NCBI RefSeq assembly: GCF_035084215.1
Contig: NC_090333.1
Span: forward strand, 61,628,001 to 61,692,000
Direction: 5' to 3'
Length of the DNA stretch: 64,000 nt
From: Heptranchias perlo
Taxonomy: Eukaryota
Position numbers and translations under genes: made by a program. A model generated the notes under the pieces. It was not told where the DNA came from. It ran no database searches and saw only the letters and a program-made list of their open reading frames with translations. Positions 49,453 through 62,825 of the stretch are shown here, in pieces (position 1 is the first letter of the stretch; each line of letters starts with the position of its first letter).

Positions 49453-51990
49453 CATTTCTTGAACGTTAGCCCTTTTAAACTCATATACCTAGCTCCTCAT
49501 CTGTGCAATTTCAAATCCCACATAATAATGAATTTAATCATTCTGTAGTTGCTGCCCCCTAGCGATGCCATGTCAACCATTTTCTGTACAATGTCCGCGT
49601 AATTAATGAGTACCAGGTCAAGATAAGCAATGGCTCTCATGCTTTGCTTACACACCGTGTCATAAAGCAGTCATGCATTACATTTCCCAACTCTGACTCT
49701 GAACCACTTCGGTTTTCTCAATTTAAGTTACCCATTAAAATAACCCGCCCTTCCTATCTCTTCAGAGGACAAACTGTCTTCCTTCTCATTCTTCCCTGCA
49801 GGTCTGTTGGGAAACTCGTGGCAATATTTAAAATAACACTGTATATATACAAACCACAAAGTGTCTCTTGATCATGCAGAGTGTCATTTTGTTTTAAAGG
49901 AAAGGTGATTCCAAATGGATCTAAGTTAAGCCCAGGTGCAGATTTTGTTCCCAAATACTCACTGTTTACCCAAATTGAAATTTAAATTCGGAATCCTGTG
50001 CTGGCATTCGTCCATTGTCTGCATATACAATATATATTTAAGTGGCAAATTAATGACCTTGTCCTTTTTTGTTCTTGTCCTGTCATTTCATTGTCTATCT
50101 CATTCTTGGCAAAGTAGATAGATTAAATTGGAATAAACTCTCCAAATATAAATTAGGATTTGTGCCGGTACCAGTTTTATTTGTAGTATTTCTCTTATTT
50201 CCACACCCCAGATCCTGTGTATAAAATGTACTACAGTCAATTATATGTCAAACGAAAGTACACTGTATTGTAAGACAATGGGGTTTTAATGAGGTTGGTA
50301 GGAGCTGGCATCACTCATATCCACTTTTTTGTTAGACATGCTTCTCCCATTGAAGCTTATCTGCCCAAATTCAGGACCTTCTGCACCCTCTCCTCCCTCT
50401 CCATTTGACCTTTGCTGTGACTGAGCAAAGATGCCCACAAAAGTTAGGTTTTCAAAATGGAAAAATATAATCACAAGAAATCCCTACAACTTAGAAGCTT
50501 TCCTCATCACACAAGCCAAGCTGCTTCCACATGCTGAACTGTGCATGTGACGGGAGTAATGATAAGATATATTCACAGTAACAAATGTTGGAATATGGAA
50601 GCTGGAACGAGCGCACACTTGTCAGTTCATGGTTAACAGATGGAGATTCTAGTTTTGATAGTGGTGAAAAATGTACTGTATAAAGGGAAAGCAAACTTCC
50701 AGACATCAAATTTAGAATCACCAAATTTCTCATGTAAATCTGTTCCGAATTGTAGTTCAAAAGCATTTCAGATGCAGACAAGATGTAACTGATCTGGAAG
50801 GGCATGTAAAATGTGTGTTGTGTCCTATGATCCTTCCTCATAATTTACTTATGTATGTATGCCAACTGGATACAAAGGTAACCATTTTCTTTAACCCTTG
50901 TCAAATGTCAGGTTCTGTCATCTGTAGCGGTGCTAAAAGATTTGGCTGGGATCACCAGTCTTACATCCGGAACTGTCAGTTAGTGAAGGATTTGCGTAAA
51001 TGTGACTGAGGTTGCTGGAGAAGTCCTGATGTTGTGGACTATAGAATCTGGGGTAACTCAACCGTGTCTAAGATGTTTATTATTGACTGTGAATCTTACT
51101 GTGAGAAACACAAACAATAAATTATTTTCTTTTGTCTGCAAAGCACATTTGCTTTCAAAGGGTCAATATAGATTGCAGAAGGATCCCATTTTCTACATCT
51201 ATGTTATTAGGTCTGTCCAGATCTGAGTATTTCTGGGCAATCATTCACACAACAACAGGTCTGCACTGTGATAAAAGATGTAACAATGAGGTCAGTGTAA
51301 AATCTGATGTATAAGTTATATCTCTACCTTATGATTGGTGTATTTGGCAAAAAAAAGCCTAGAAATTATACTACCAAAGGAGACTGACAAAAGTATACGT
51401 TTTGTCTGGATTTAATTTTTGATTTGTATCCTTTATGGCTAGCATCAAGGTTAAAATAGGTCACACAGGGGTAAGATCAGTCATGGCTAGTTACTTTGCT
51501 GCAAGATGGAAGCAATTCAACATGGAATCACTTCAGATGCATTTCTCCTCAGAAGCACTCTGTGGTACCTTACTGCTTAAGGAATCGTTTTATTCAACTT
51601 ACTCAGGTTGACAATTTTGGTCCGAGTCAGGCTGTGAGAGGTCGCTGCTGGAAATGGTGATTGAGTTTGGCTGTTCACAAGCCATCTTGACACAGGTGAA
51701 AGAATTGAGCTTGGCCTTGTGTTTGATTGACAGCTATATCTGAGATCATTGAGAAGGGGCAAAGCCATTGATTGGCTGTGGTCTTCTTTGACGAACAGCT
51801 CAGTGGCCAAGGGGTCTCCAATTACGGATTATACCTGGATTTGTATGTTTTTAACGGTCAGTCCATAGTGAGCATTTGAGTTCTGTAGCCACAGCTTGAG
51901 GGCTTAGTGTCTGAGGGCTTTGTGTTCTTTAATATTGGGGCCAGCCAACGGAATAGCCGGGCTCCTTTTCAAATCGCTGCCTGTTCCATA

Positions 51991-54900
51991 GGTGTCAGTT
52001 GTGGCTCAGTTGGTAGCATGCTCACCTCTGAGTCAGAAGGTTGTGAGATTGTCACTCCAGAGTCTTGAACACATAATCTAGGCTGACACTTCAGTGCAGT
52101 ACTGAGGGAATGCTGCACTGTCAGAGGTGCGGTCTTTTGGATGGGACGTTAAACCCAAGGCTCCATCTGTCCTCTCAGTTGGATGTAAAAGATCCCATGG
52201 CACTTTTCGAAGAAGAGCAGGGGAGTTCTCCAATATTGACCAATATTTATTCCTCAACCAACATCACTAAAACAGATTATCTGGTCATTATTTTACTAAA
52301 TTAATACAAATAAATCAATAAATAAAAACTAGAACAAGGTTAGATAGAGATGGCAGGGCAGGTGGTGTGTCGTAACTGCAGCATGTGGGAGTTTGTGGAG
52401 AGCAGCATGATCCCAGGCAACCACATCTGTAGTAAGTTTCTGAAACTCGAGGAACTTTGGCTCAGAGTTGTTGAGCTGGAGTCCGAGCTGAAGGCATTGC
52501 AATGCATCAGGGAGATGGAGATTTATCTGGACACTTTGATCCAGGAGGCAGTCACACCCCTTAGGTTAGGTAGTGGTTTAGATTTGGTCAGTGGTCAGGG
52601 ACAGGGTGATGTGACTGCGAGTCAGGCAGGTAAGGAGCAGTGATGAAGGAGCCTCAGCCTTTGACCTTGTCCAACAAGTACGAGGTACTTGCTACCTGTG
52701 TGGATGAGAACAAAGACTGCAGGGAGGATGGGCAATTTGACCACTGTGCCGTGGTACAGGAGGCCATTCAAGTGGGGGGGGGGGGTTTAAAAAGGAATGC
52801 GGTAGCGGTAGGGGATAGTATAGTCAGGGGGATAGATACTGTTCTCTGCAGCCGTGATGGGAGTCCCAAAGGCTGTGTTGCCTGCCCAGTGCCAGTGTTA
52901 AGGACATCTGCTCGCGGCTGGAGAAGAACTTGGAGCATGAGGCGGAGGATCCAGTTGTCGTGGTTCACATAGGAACCAACGACATAGGTAGAACTATGAA
53001 TGAGGTTCTGCTGAGGGAGTTTGAGAAGCTAGGGACCAAATTAAAAAGCAGAACCTCAAAGGTAATAATCTCTGGATTACTACCTGAGCCACATGCAAAT
53101 TGGCGTAAGGTTAAACAGATCAGAGGGTTAAGTGTGTGGCTCAAAGAGTGGTGTGGGAGACAGGGGTTTCGATTCATGGGGCACTGACAACAGTGCTGGG
53201 GAAAGAGGGAGCTGATCCGTTGGGACGGGCTCCACTTAAAGCGGGCTGGAACCAGTATCCTGGCAAATTGAATGACTAGGGCGGTAGATAGGGCTTTAAG
53301 CTAATAAGCAGGGTCAGGGGGGAAGGGATCAGGTAAGGGTAAATTTATAAATCTAAAGAGAAAAGTCAAGGCCACAGAGCAGTGTAGCGATTTGGGTAAA
53401 GATAAGCAGAGTGTGTCAGGAAGGGACAGAGAGTTTAATGGTAATAGTGCAGCAGTGAATGAGATCAAATCAGGGAAAAATAGTAAAAAGTTAAAATTAA
53501 AGGCGCTTTATCTGAATGCACGAAGCATTCATAGCAGGATAGATGAATTGATGGCACAAATAGAGATAAATTGGTTTGATCTGGTAGCCATTACTGAGAC
53601 GTGGTTGCAAGATGACCAAGGTTGGGATCTAAATATTCCAGGGTATTTGACTTTTCGAAAAGACAGACAAAGTGGAAAAGGTGGGGGTAGCCCAGCCCTG
53701 ATAATAAAGGATGACATAAAGACAGCAGTGAGAAAGGATCCTGGCTCAGAAGGTCAGGAAGTAGAATCAGTACAGGTAGAGATAAGAAATAACAAGGGGC
53801 AGAAAACACTGGTGGGAGTAGTTCAAAGGCCCCCTAACAGTAGTTATACTGTTGGTCAGAATATTAATCAAGAAGTAAGAGGAGCTTGTAACAAAGGTAA
53901 TGCAATAATAGTGGGGGACTTTAACCTTCATATAGATTGGACAAATCAAATTGGCAAAAGTAGTTTGGATGACAAATTCATGGAATGCATTCGAGACGGT
54001 TTCCTAAAACAATACGTCATGGAACCATCCTATGAACAGGCTATTTTAGATCTTGTATTGTTTAATGAGACAGGGTTAATTAGTAATCTCATAGTAAGGG
54101 ATCCTCTGGGGCAGAGTGATCATAATATGATAGAATTTCACATTGAGTTCGAGAGTATTTAAGTCTGAAACTAGAGTCTTAAACTTAAACAAAGCCAATT
54201 TCATAGGTATGAGGGGTGAGTTGGCTAAGGTAGATTTGGAAATTAGATTAAAAGATATGACGGTAGATAAGCAATGGTGAATATTTAAAGAAATATTTCA
54301 TAATTCTCAACGATATACATTCCATTGAGAAATAAAAACTCCACGGGAAAAGTGATCCATCCGTGGCTAACTAAAGAAATTAAGGATAGTACTAGATTAA
54401 AAGAAGAGGTTTATAATGTTGCCAAAAAGAATAGTAAGCCTGAGGATTGGGAGAGTTTTAGAAACCAGCAAAGGATGACCAAGAAATTGATAAAGAGGGA
54501 GAAAGTAGAATTTGAGAATAAACTAGCAAGAAATATAAAAACAGGTTGTAGGAGCTTCTACAAGTATGTAAAAAGGAAGAGATTAGCAATCGTAAACATG
54601 GGTCCCTCAGAGGCTGAGAAAGGAGAAATTATAATGGGGAATAAGAAAATGGCAGAGACGTTAAACAAATCATTTTCATCTGTCTTCACAATAGAAGTCA
54701 CAATAAACATACCAGAAATAGTGGGGAACCAAGGGTCTAATGAGAGTGAGGAACTTAAAATAATTACTATTAGTAAAGAAAAGGTACTGGAGAAATGAAT
54801 GGGACTAAAAGCCGACAAATCCCCTGAACCTGCTGGCCTACATCCTAGGGTTCTAAAAGAGGTGGCTGTAAAAGAGTGGTTGGGTTGGTTGTGATCTTCT

Positions 54901-56549
54901 AGAATTCCCTAGGTTCTAGAACAGTCCCAATGAATTAGAAGGTAGCAAATGCAACAATGCTATTCAAGAAAGGAGGGAGAGAGGAAACAGGGAACTATAG
55001 GCCAGTTAGCCTGACAACAGTAATCGGGAAAATGCTGGAATCTATTATTAAGGAAGTGGTAACGGAACACTTAGAAAATCATAATATGATTAGACAGAGT
55101 CAACATGGTTTTATGAAAGGGAAATCATGTTTGACAAATCTGTTAGAGTTTTTTGAGGATGTAACTAGCAGGGTAGATAAAAGGGAACCAGTGGATGTAG
55201 TATATTTGGATTTTCAAAAGGCATTCAATAAGGTGCCACACAAAAAGGTTGTTACATGAGATTAGGACTCATGGGGTTGGGGGTAACATATTAGAATGGA
55301 TAGAGGATTGGTTAACGGAGAGAAAACAGAGAGTAGAGATAAACGGGTCATTTTCAGGTTGGCAGGCTGTAACTAGTGGAGTGCTGCAAGGATCAGTGCT
55401 TGGGCCTCAGCAATTTACAAACTATATTAATGACTTAGATGAAGGGACTGGGTTTAGTGTATCCAAGCTTGCTGACGATACAAAGCTATGTGGGAAAATA
55501 AACTGTGAGGAGGACACAAAGAGTCTGCAAAGGGATATAGACAGGTTAAGTGAGTGAGCAAAAGTATAATGTGGGGAAATGTGAGGTTATTCACTTTGGT
55601 AGGAAGAATAGAAAAACAGAATATTTTTTAATTGGTGAGAAACTATTAAATGTTGGTATTGAGAGGGATTTGGATGTTCTTGAATACGAAACACAGAAAG
55701 TTAACATGCAGGAACAGCAAGCAATTAGGAAGGCAAATGGTATATTGGCCTTTATTGCAAGGGGTTGGAGTACAAGAGTAAGGAAGTCTTGCTGCAATTG
55801 TACAGGGCTTTGGTGAGACCACACCTGGAGTACTGTGCACAGTTTTGGTCTCATTATCTAAGGAAGGATATACTTGCCTTAGAGGCGGTGCAACAAAGGT
55901 TCACCAGATTGATTCTTGGGATGAGAGGGTTGTCCTATGAGGAGAGGTTGAGTGGAATGGGCCTATACTTTCTGAAGTTTAGAAGAATGAGAGGTGATCT
56001 CATTGAAACATATAAGATTATGAGGGGGCTTGACAGGGCAGATGCTGTGAGGCTGTTTCCCCAGGCTAGAGAGTCTAGAGCTAGGGGGTATAGTTGCAGG
56101 ATAAGGGGTCGGCCATTTAGGACTGAGATGAGGGGGAATTTCTTCACTCAGAGGGCTATGAATCTTTGGAATTCTCTACCCCAGAGGGCTGTGGATGCTG
56201 TCGTTGAGAATGTTCAAGACTGAGATCGATAGATTTTTGGACACTAAGGAAGTCAAGGGATATGGGGATCGGGTGGGAAAGTGGAGTTGAGGTAGAAGAT
56301 CAGCCATGATCTTACTGAATGGCGGAGCTCGAGGGGCTGTATGGCCTACTCCTGCTCCTATTTCTTGTGTTCTTATGTTCTTATTATCACATTGCTGTTT
56401 GTGGGACCTTGCTGTGCATATATTGGCTGCCATGTTTCCTACATTACATCAGTGATTACACTTCAAAAGTATTTAATTGGCTCTAAAGCGCTTTGGGAAG
56501 TCCTGAGGTCGTGAAAGGCGCTATATAAATGCAAGTTCATTCTTTCTTT
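51991..56549 (+). mobile_element. DeuSINE/SacSINE1-like SINE split in two (51991-52291 and 56383-56549) by a CR1 insertion
   Basis: tRNA-like head tggctcagttggtagc, body gatcccatggcact...gaagaagagcaggggagttctcc, L2-type tail aaaggcgctatataaatgcaag. The halves rejoin to match the intact copy at 61657-62118. Confidence 0.88.
52292..56382 (+). mobile_element. Near-full-length CR1 LINE (ORF1 + ORF2), decayed
   Basis: ORF1: CRNC zinc-finger/leucine zipper and SGNH esterase blocks (VGDSIVRG, VHIGTND, DGLHL). ORF2: APE endonuclease (YLNARSI, ITETW, VGDFN, SDHN) and RT. Tail tcttatgttctt. ATTAT duplicated on both sides. Confidence 0.96.
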
Positions 56550-56581
56550 ATCAGAAATGAGTTTGTAATTTGAACATTATT

Positions 56582-57114
56582 GGGCTGATTTTAACCCTGA
56601 CTGCCCGGCAGAAACTGGGCGGGTGGGCAGTTTTAAAATGGCTCGTGCGACTTAACCGCATTCTACCTGCTGCCTTCCTGTGGGTTGCAATCTTAACCTG
56701 CTCTTCTGAGCAGGTGAGAGGGACACCTGCAAGAAGCCAGAATATAAAGATTGAGCTTCGATGACATTATCAGGGCCCGACTGCAATTTTAACAAGAGCA
56801 GCCGGAGCTGGAGCCAGGAGAGGCCTCGAAAGGTAAGTTTATTTGTTGTTTAGTTTCCTTGCAGTCCAGGAGGAGCAGGAGCACTCCTGAAGGCATCACA
56901 AGGAAATGGTGGGGGCCTTCTCCTGCCCCTGGCTTCCGTCCACTGACCGTGAGGCCCTCATTACTCCCTCACAACTACTTCACCTGAGTACTGGGGAACA
57001 TTCCTTTGGATCCTTATTGGCGGCCTCCTGCCAGACCTCCTGCTGCAGAGGAGGTTTACTGTCTGCTTCTGCTCCCACCTCACATGACTTTCGAGTGAGA
57101 GTTAAAATTGGGGC
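56582..57114. mobile_element. Degenerate Harbinger-type MITE
   Basis: gggctgattttaaccctgact versus reverse complement gccccaattttaactctcact. Internal ggaggagcaggagcactcct motif shared with the MITEs at 474-1000 and 39985-40792. Confidence 0.55.
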
Positions 57115-57399
57115 TTTTGTTTAGAGAGAGAAAATGAGTGGCGTCTTTGTTATTTTACGTATTCAGGCGGGTATATTAATGCACATTACACTATTATACT
57201 GTTTATTCATTTGCCTTATGTAAATAAAACCACTTTTTTGTCCAAAGCCTGAGGCTCGTTCTGGTAGGAGTATATGTCCAATCCATTTTCAAATTCATGT
57301 GGTGGTATGTGATACATTCCAATAGTTAGTGTACAGAGTCAGGGATCTCTTATCACCAATGGACCTTGCTCTTGTTTACCTAGATATTTGGTAAAATAA

Positions 57400-58420
57400 A
57401 AGAAAACACTCTTGATTGTTATGGATTTACGAGAGGAGCTAGTGATGCTGAGTCAAAGAAAATATTTGGAAATCATAGGAACAGACACATGTGAGACTTT
57501 GAATGTAATAAAATAAATGGACATCTCATAATGCCAACTAACAATGTCTTAGCGCAAGATATAGATAATTTCCAAATCAATCGCAATATTAGAACAGGGA
57601 ACATGACGGTGATATCTAATAGCAAAACTGGGAAAGAAAAGGAACTTGAGTGTTATCGTATCCAGAGTGAAGCTACTATTAACAAGGTGAATCGTTCTGG
57701 GATCAATCTTAAGGACATTTCACCAGATAACAAAATATTCTAATCTTGTAATGACCACATGATGATGCAGTATCTGGAGTGTTGCATGTAATTTTTGGCC
57801 ACACTAACTTCAAAAGCATCGTGATGTGTTGGGGAAAAAAAGCAGAGTAAAAAGGATGGTTGTGGGATGCATGTCTGAGTTGTGGAGAAAGATGATTAGA
57901 AGTGAACTGAATCAAGATTTTAAAGTGTTGAGAGCAATGGATAATGTAGATGAAAACAGGCTACTTGGACTGTGAGCGCAAAACTAGAGCACAAGTATAA
58001 AATCAAGAAACTTCAAGCAAGACGTGAGAGTAAAATGATTCCCCAGCTCATAACAGTGGACTCTCCACTAAAGCAGCTAATGTTTTATTAATTGACACCT
58101 TTAAATAAAGGGCTGGATTAATATCTGGGTAGGATGGGATGAAGAGTCACAAGGATGAGTTCAGATTGAGATGATTGAATACTGTGAGGATCAGAATGGC
58201 TCCTGAGCTGCTAGAACGGTACAAAAGTAAAGTCAAAAAGGGCAGCTGGTCAAGGATGGAAACATCATAGAAACATAGAAACATAGAAAATAGGAGCAAG
58301 AGTAGGCCATTCGGCCCTTTGGGCCTGCTCCGCCGTTCAAAATGATCATAGCTGATCGTCTAACTCAGTATCCTGTTCCCGCTTTTTCCCCATATCCCTT
58401 GATCCCTTCACCATTAAGGA
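57400..58420. mobile_element. Very old CR1 (+, about 57400-58230) and a younger CR1 tail (-, 58265-58420)
   Basis: catgtaatttttggccacactaacttcaaaagcatc (FWPH..K.D-like) and catagaaacatagaaa tail repeats. Confidence 0.6.
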
Positions 58421-61400
58421 TGATAAACATGGGCAGTAAGGCAGGGTAGATATCTGGGAGTTCTGCTTGATTTGACTTTGAGGGAGCAAAGAGAAACTTT
58501 GCAGCACATTCCTTCAGGAGAATAAATGAGTTGAATCAAGCCCATGATAGAATTTGTGGAGGGAGCAGGCTTGATAAATCAAAAGCTTTTTTCTTGTTCC
58601 ATGCTTTATGTTTTTAATCAGTAATGTAATCAGCAAGTATATTAGGGTCGGGGAGAGAAGGGGTTCTCATTATTCTGATTGCTGATCACAGCTATTATTG
58701 CACCAGGGATTCAACATAATTATTTGGAGCAGCTGAGCAATAAACCACAAACAACAGCAAAAATGAAATAAATACTATTAATTCTGTAAGCATATCCACA
58801 GAACAATTATACATTTCCTTGAGTAAAACAGCATCCATTTGTGCATAATCATATTTTCCAAGAATAATTTGGGATAATGCCATGTTTTCCATTATACTGA
58901 ATGCTTCATGCTGCTCCTAAAGTGTTAAGTTTGGATAGACGTACAAACTATTCCTGGAAATTCATTTTCCCCGCAAATCAATAGCTGGTGGGCAATCATT
59001 TTTCAAGTTGCACATGCTAACTGTTAAGTATGTTTTATATATGGCTGAAAAATACGATCCAGTCTGTCAACTGTGTGCCAGTCATTGATTTCTCTAAATA
59101 TTGCCTTGTGTCCTGTCTGGGAGCCTGCAGTTACTATGGAACTGCTCAGCTTAAGTTACAGTGGGAGAAGTGAGGGAGTCAGTTCGAGGAAAGATTGCAA
59201 ATGATACGTGCAGGGCTGTGAGTTCTGCTGTTCATGAATAAAAGTTGAAGTGGGATCATCATTTTGAGGAGAAACTTGGGAGGGTGAGAACCTCTAGACG
59301 AGAGGATGCCTGTCAGGACGATAACAAGCAGTCACACAATGACTATCTTGGCTTGCAAATGAGTGACGTCACTGAAAAGCAGAGTTACAAATAAGCTTTT
59401 GTCAAGAAATCTGCAATGCCTCAGCTTTTTCTTCAGCAGACAAATCAGTGCGGCAGTACACTTCATGGACACTGTTTGAAAGTGAAGTGCCGAGCAAGCA
59501 AATAAACTGAAAACATGAATTTATGACGAACACAGTTACAGAAATATTAAGGCACTCTCAGTGAGATCTTGCACTCGGAATCACAGAGTATTTCAAACAT
59601 TACGCAGAAATGGGTTTCGTTTCATGCCTGGGTTCCTTGGTGGATGGACTGAGGGAAAATCATGGAATCAATGTCAGTATAATTCATAAATGATGTGCGC
59701 ATTGGAGGCCTGATTTTCACCCAGTAATTCAATATTTCTGCGACACGTTGCATCAGAAACATTTGTAGTCAGTCTACTCTTGCGGATGGTGCCAGTCGAT
59801 TGGTGGGGCATTGAAGCATTAGCTCGGCAAAACCACACTTCAAAACTACTGACCAAATGGGATAGTATCTATGTCACTGCTTCACAGGGGCACAAATTCA
59901 GTTTAACAATTCAGTCAAAAAAGGCAGCAGCAAGGTCATTTCATCGATTTCTAGCTGTCGTTCCTGGTTTATCATTTAGATGCTAATTAGACCACATTAC
60001 ATAATGGGCACAATGCTTCTCCGCCCAAAAACCTGACCAATAAACATGAAATAACTTTGCAGCTTGGTGGGTGGTGGGGGGGGGGCGGGGGGTATATTTC
60101 TACATTTTTAACACATTCTTACATTATTTTTGATGGATCCTGAATGTATTTTAAAGGGAAATGGCAGCCTGACCGACTGCCACGGTCGTGGTCATTCTGC
60201 GAGCTCATGCCTCTACGCCAAAAAGAAACGGCAGCTTTGGCGACTGCACGTAATTGTAACACGAGATTTAGATTTGAAGATAGTTCTTTTTATTTTCATG
60301 GCACGTGACCACATTTGGCGCTCAAGCACAACTTAGGGCACGCAATGCCAAGTGGCACTGAAACTATTTATGAATGTAAAATAAAGCTCTGTGTCCTAAC
60401 AACGAGATAACCAGAGGCCTCCAGGAAAGACTCCAAGTTTCAATATTTAAACAACAATACTGGCTCTTGGTCAAAATGGAAAACTTTTGTAGACTGCTGG
60501 GGAATTGTGATTCTCTCCCTGGTTCTGCACTTCATTTCCTACAGATTCTCTCCACCAGAAGGGGGCAGTTAAATTGTACTGTTGAGAACTCCAGATGTAT
60601 TAGTACCCAGGATATTATGTAAGTGCTTGTATTGTTCATCCTGCTCTCAGATCATCAGTAATATGATGATAAACTGAGTTAAAAAGACCAATTCCACTGT
60701 GACACATACCACGCACGAAAGCAGGCAGCGGGAGCTGGCACCATTTGGCATCAGAGATGGAATGCCTATCTTCATCACGGTGCACAAAGATCCCTTCATG
60801 GCAGACATGGTGGATGGTATACCGGATAGCTTTCAAGGTTTCAGTAGTGTGTAGGGGAAGCACATTATGCAGCCTATATAGATCATTCTGACATGTGGAA
60901 TTGGCTGAATGGTCATCAACTGCAGCTACACTTCGTTCCAATCATCTGAGATTATGGAACACATCAACAATCGGCAAAAGACTGAGGAAAATGCAGCACA
61001 AGTCTTCCTTACTGTAAACAATTTCCTTCACCAGTACAATATATGCCATGCAGTGTTTGCACAGCACTGTGAGACAGTCGCTGAAAATACACTGTCATTA
61101 TGAATGTGTGATTAGTAGAGAGAAACCCCGGGAAATCTGAAATAAAAACAGGAAAGGCACAGGACGTCAGTCAGCATCTGAAGGAGGAAGAGATTCGCAT
61201 GAACCCCAGTTCCAATGAAGAGTTGATTGAGCTGCGATGTAGCTCCTGTTTTTACTTTGAAATCAGTGCTTTGGCATTCATATCTTGCACAATGAAAACT
61301 GATTTCTGATGCATTATCTTTCCATCATAATATGGTTTGACACCCTTTCAAGTGAAAAGCTTCACAAAATTAGAATGCTGATTTTATGGTATACGCTTAC

Positions 61401-61464
61401 GGCTGATTCCAGTTATGCTGCTGCCCATATGTAGGCCTGGGATAAACAATGCACCTCAATGTTT

Positions 61465-62172
61465 TCTCTCAGGAGAAACCTCTTTACCCAAAGAATGGTA
61501 AGAATGTAGAACTCGCTATCACATGGAGTAGTTGAGGCAAATATCATAGATACATTTAAGGGGAGGCTAGATAAGCACATGAGGGAGAAAGGAATAGAAG
61601 GGCATCCTGATAGGGTTAGATGAAGAGGGGTGGGAGGAGGCTCGTGTGGAACGTAAATGGTAGCACTCAGTGGTAGCACTCTTGCCTCAGAGTCAGAAGG
61701 TTGTGAGTTCAAGTCTCACTCCAGAGACTTGAGCACAAGATCTAGGTTGATACTCCAGTGCAGTACTGAGGGAGTGCTGCACCGTCTGAGGTGCTGTCTT
61801 TTGGATGGGACGTTAAACCAAGGCCCTATCTGCCCTCTCAGGTGGACATAAAAGATCCCATGGCACTATTTCGAAGAAGAGCAGGGGAGTTCTGCCCAGT
61901 GTGCTGGGCCAATATTTATCCCTCAACCAACATCACTAAAACAGATCATCTGGTCGTTATCACATTGCTGTTTGTGGGACCTTGCTGGTGCAAATTGTCT
62001 GCCACGTTTCTTACATTACAACAGTGACTGCACTTCAAAAGTACTTTGTTGGCTGCAAAGTGCTTTGGGATATCCTGAGGGCATGAAAGGCGCTATATAA
62101 ATACAAGTCTTTCTTTTTTGCATAGACCCGTTGGGCCGAATGGCCAGTTTCTGTGCTGTAAATTCTATGATT
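61465..62172 (+). mobile_element. CR1 3' fragment interrupted by an intact DeuSINE-like SINE (61657-62118)
   Basis: CR1 gaaacctctttacccaaagaatggtaagaatg...ggaggctcgtgtggaacgtaaa resumes at gcatagacccgttgggccgaatggcc. The SINE has a B-box gagttcaagtctc. Confidence 0.85.
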
Positions 62173-62645
62173 TATAAACCCTTCTCTGGGTTCTTAATAA
62201 ACTTCATGTGTTCGCCCCTCAAACACTGGTGCAAATTCCACTGCAATCAACTCTAAAATATGTAGAAAACATATTGTTACTTTAGAGCCAATATTGATGC
62301 ATTGTTTGCTAACCTATCTGCAGTAAGTCTGTACCTTGTCCACACACCGCCACTATTCCCCAAATCTCATTTCTATTAATGGGCTTGATTCTTGATGAGC
62401 ACAATGGATTAACATGAGAATTCAAAAGAGAAGTCTGGGTTAAATGCAAGAGCACAATTATGTGGCACTCTAATTCCTAGATTCCACCAGTTCATCCAGA
62501 GGATGGGAGTACAGGGAGTAAGTATACACCTCATTGACTCTAGTGATGATAACATATATACAGAACTTACATATCTAGGAACTGCAAACAAATGGGAAGT
62601 GAAGGATTATTCTGTTTTGACAATTTGACATTTGACAAGGAAGAG

Positions 62646-62825
62646 ATTTGGGATGGGCAATAAATGCTGGCCTCGCCAGCGACGCCCACATCCCGTGAAC
62701 GAATAAAAAAAAAACAGACTTCACGTTACAAAAGTGACAACACTTCAAAAGTAATTCATCGGATGTGAAGCACTTTGCGACGTCCTGAGGTTGTGAAAGG
62801 CTCTGTGTAAATGGAAATTCTTTCT
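62646..62825 (+). mobile_element. LINE tail (62646-62715) abutting a SINE tail (62720-62825)
   Basis: gggatgggcaataaatgctggcctcgccagcgacgcccacatccc...aaaa, then cacttcaaaagtaattcatc...gtcctgaggttgtgaaagg. Confidence 0.75.

Larger units (their letters stand above)
46780..49870 (-). mobile_element. Old CR1 ORF2 (endonuclease to RT) with nested insertions
   Basis: QHGFRMGRFCLTNFLDFFEEV, KGFDKVPHERL, WAEKWQMKFNADK. Endonuclease-like VILMGNL near 49730. Interrupted at about 48000-48225 and 48389-49452. Confidence 0.8.

Noticed and set aside
61657-61730. tRNA genes at SINE heads (also 51991 and 9101)
   Set aside because: A/B-box-like motifs run directly into SINE bodies and no complete cloverleaf is evident.
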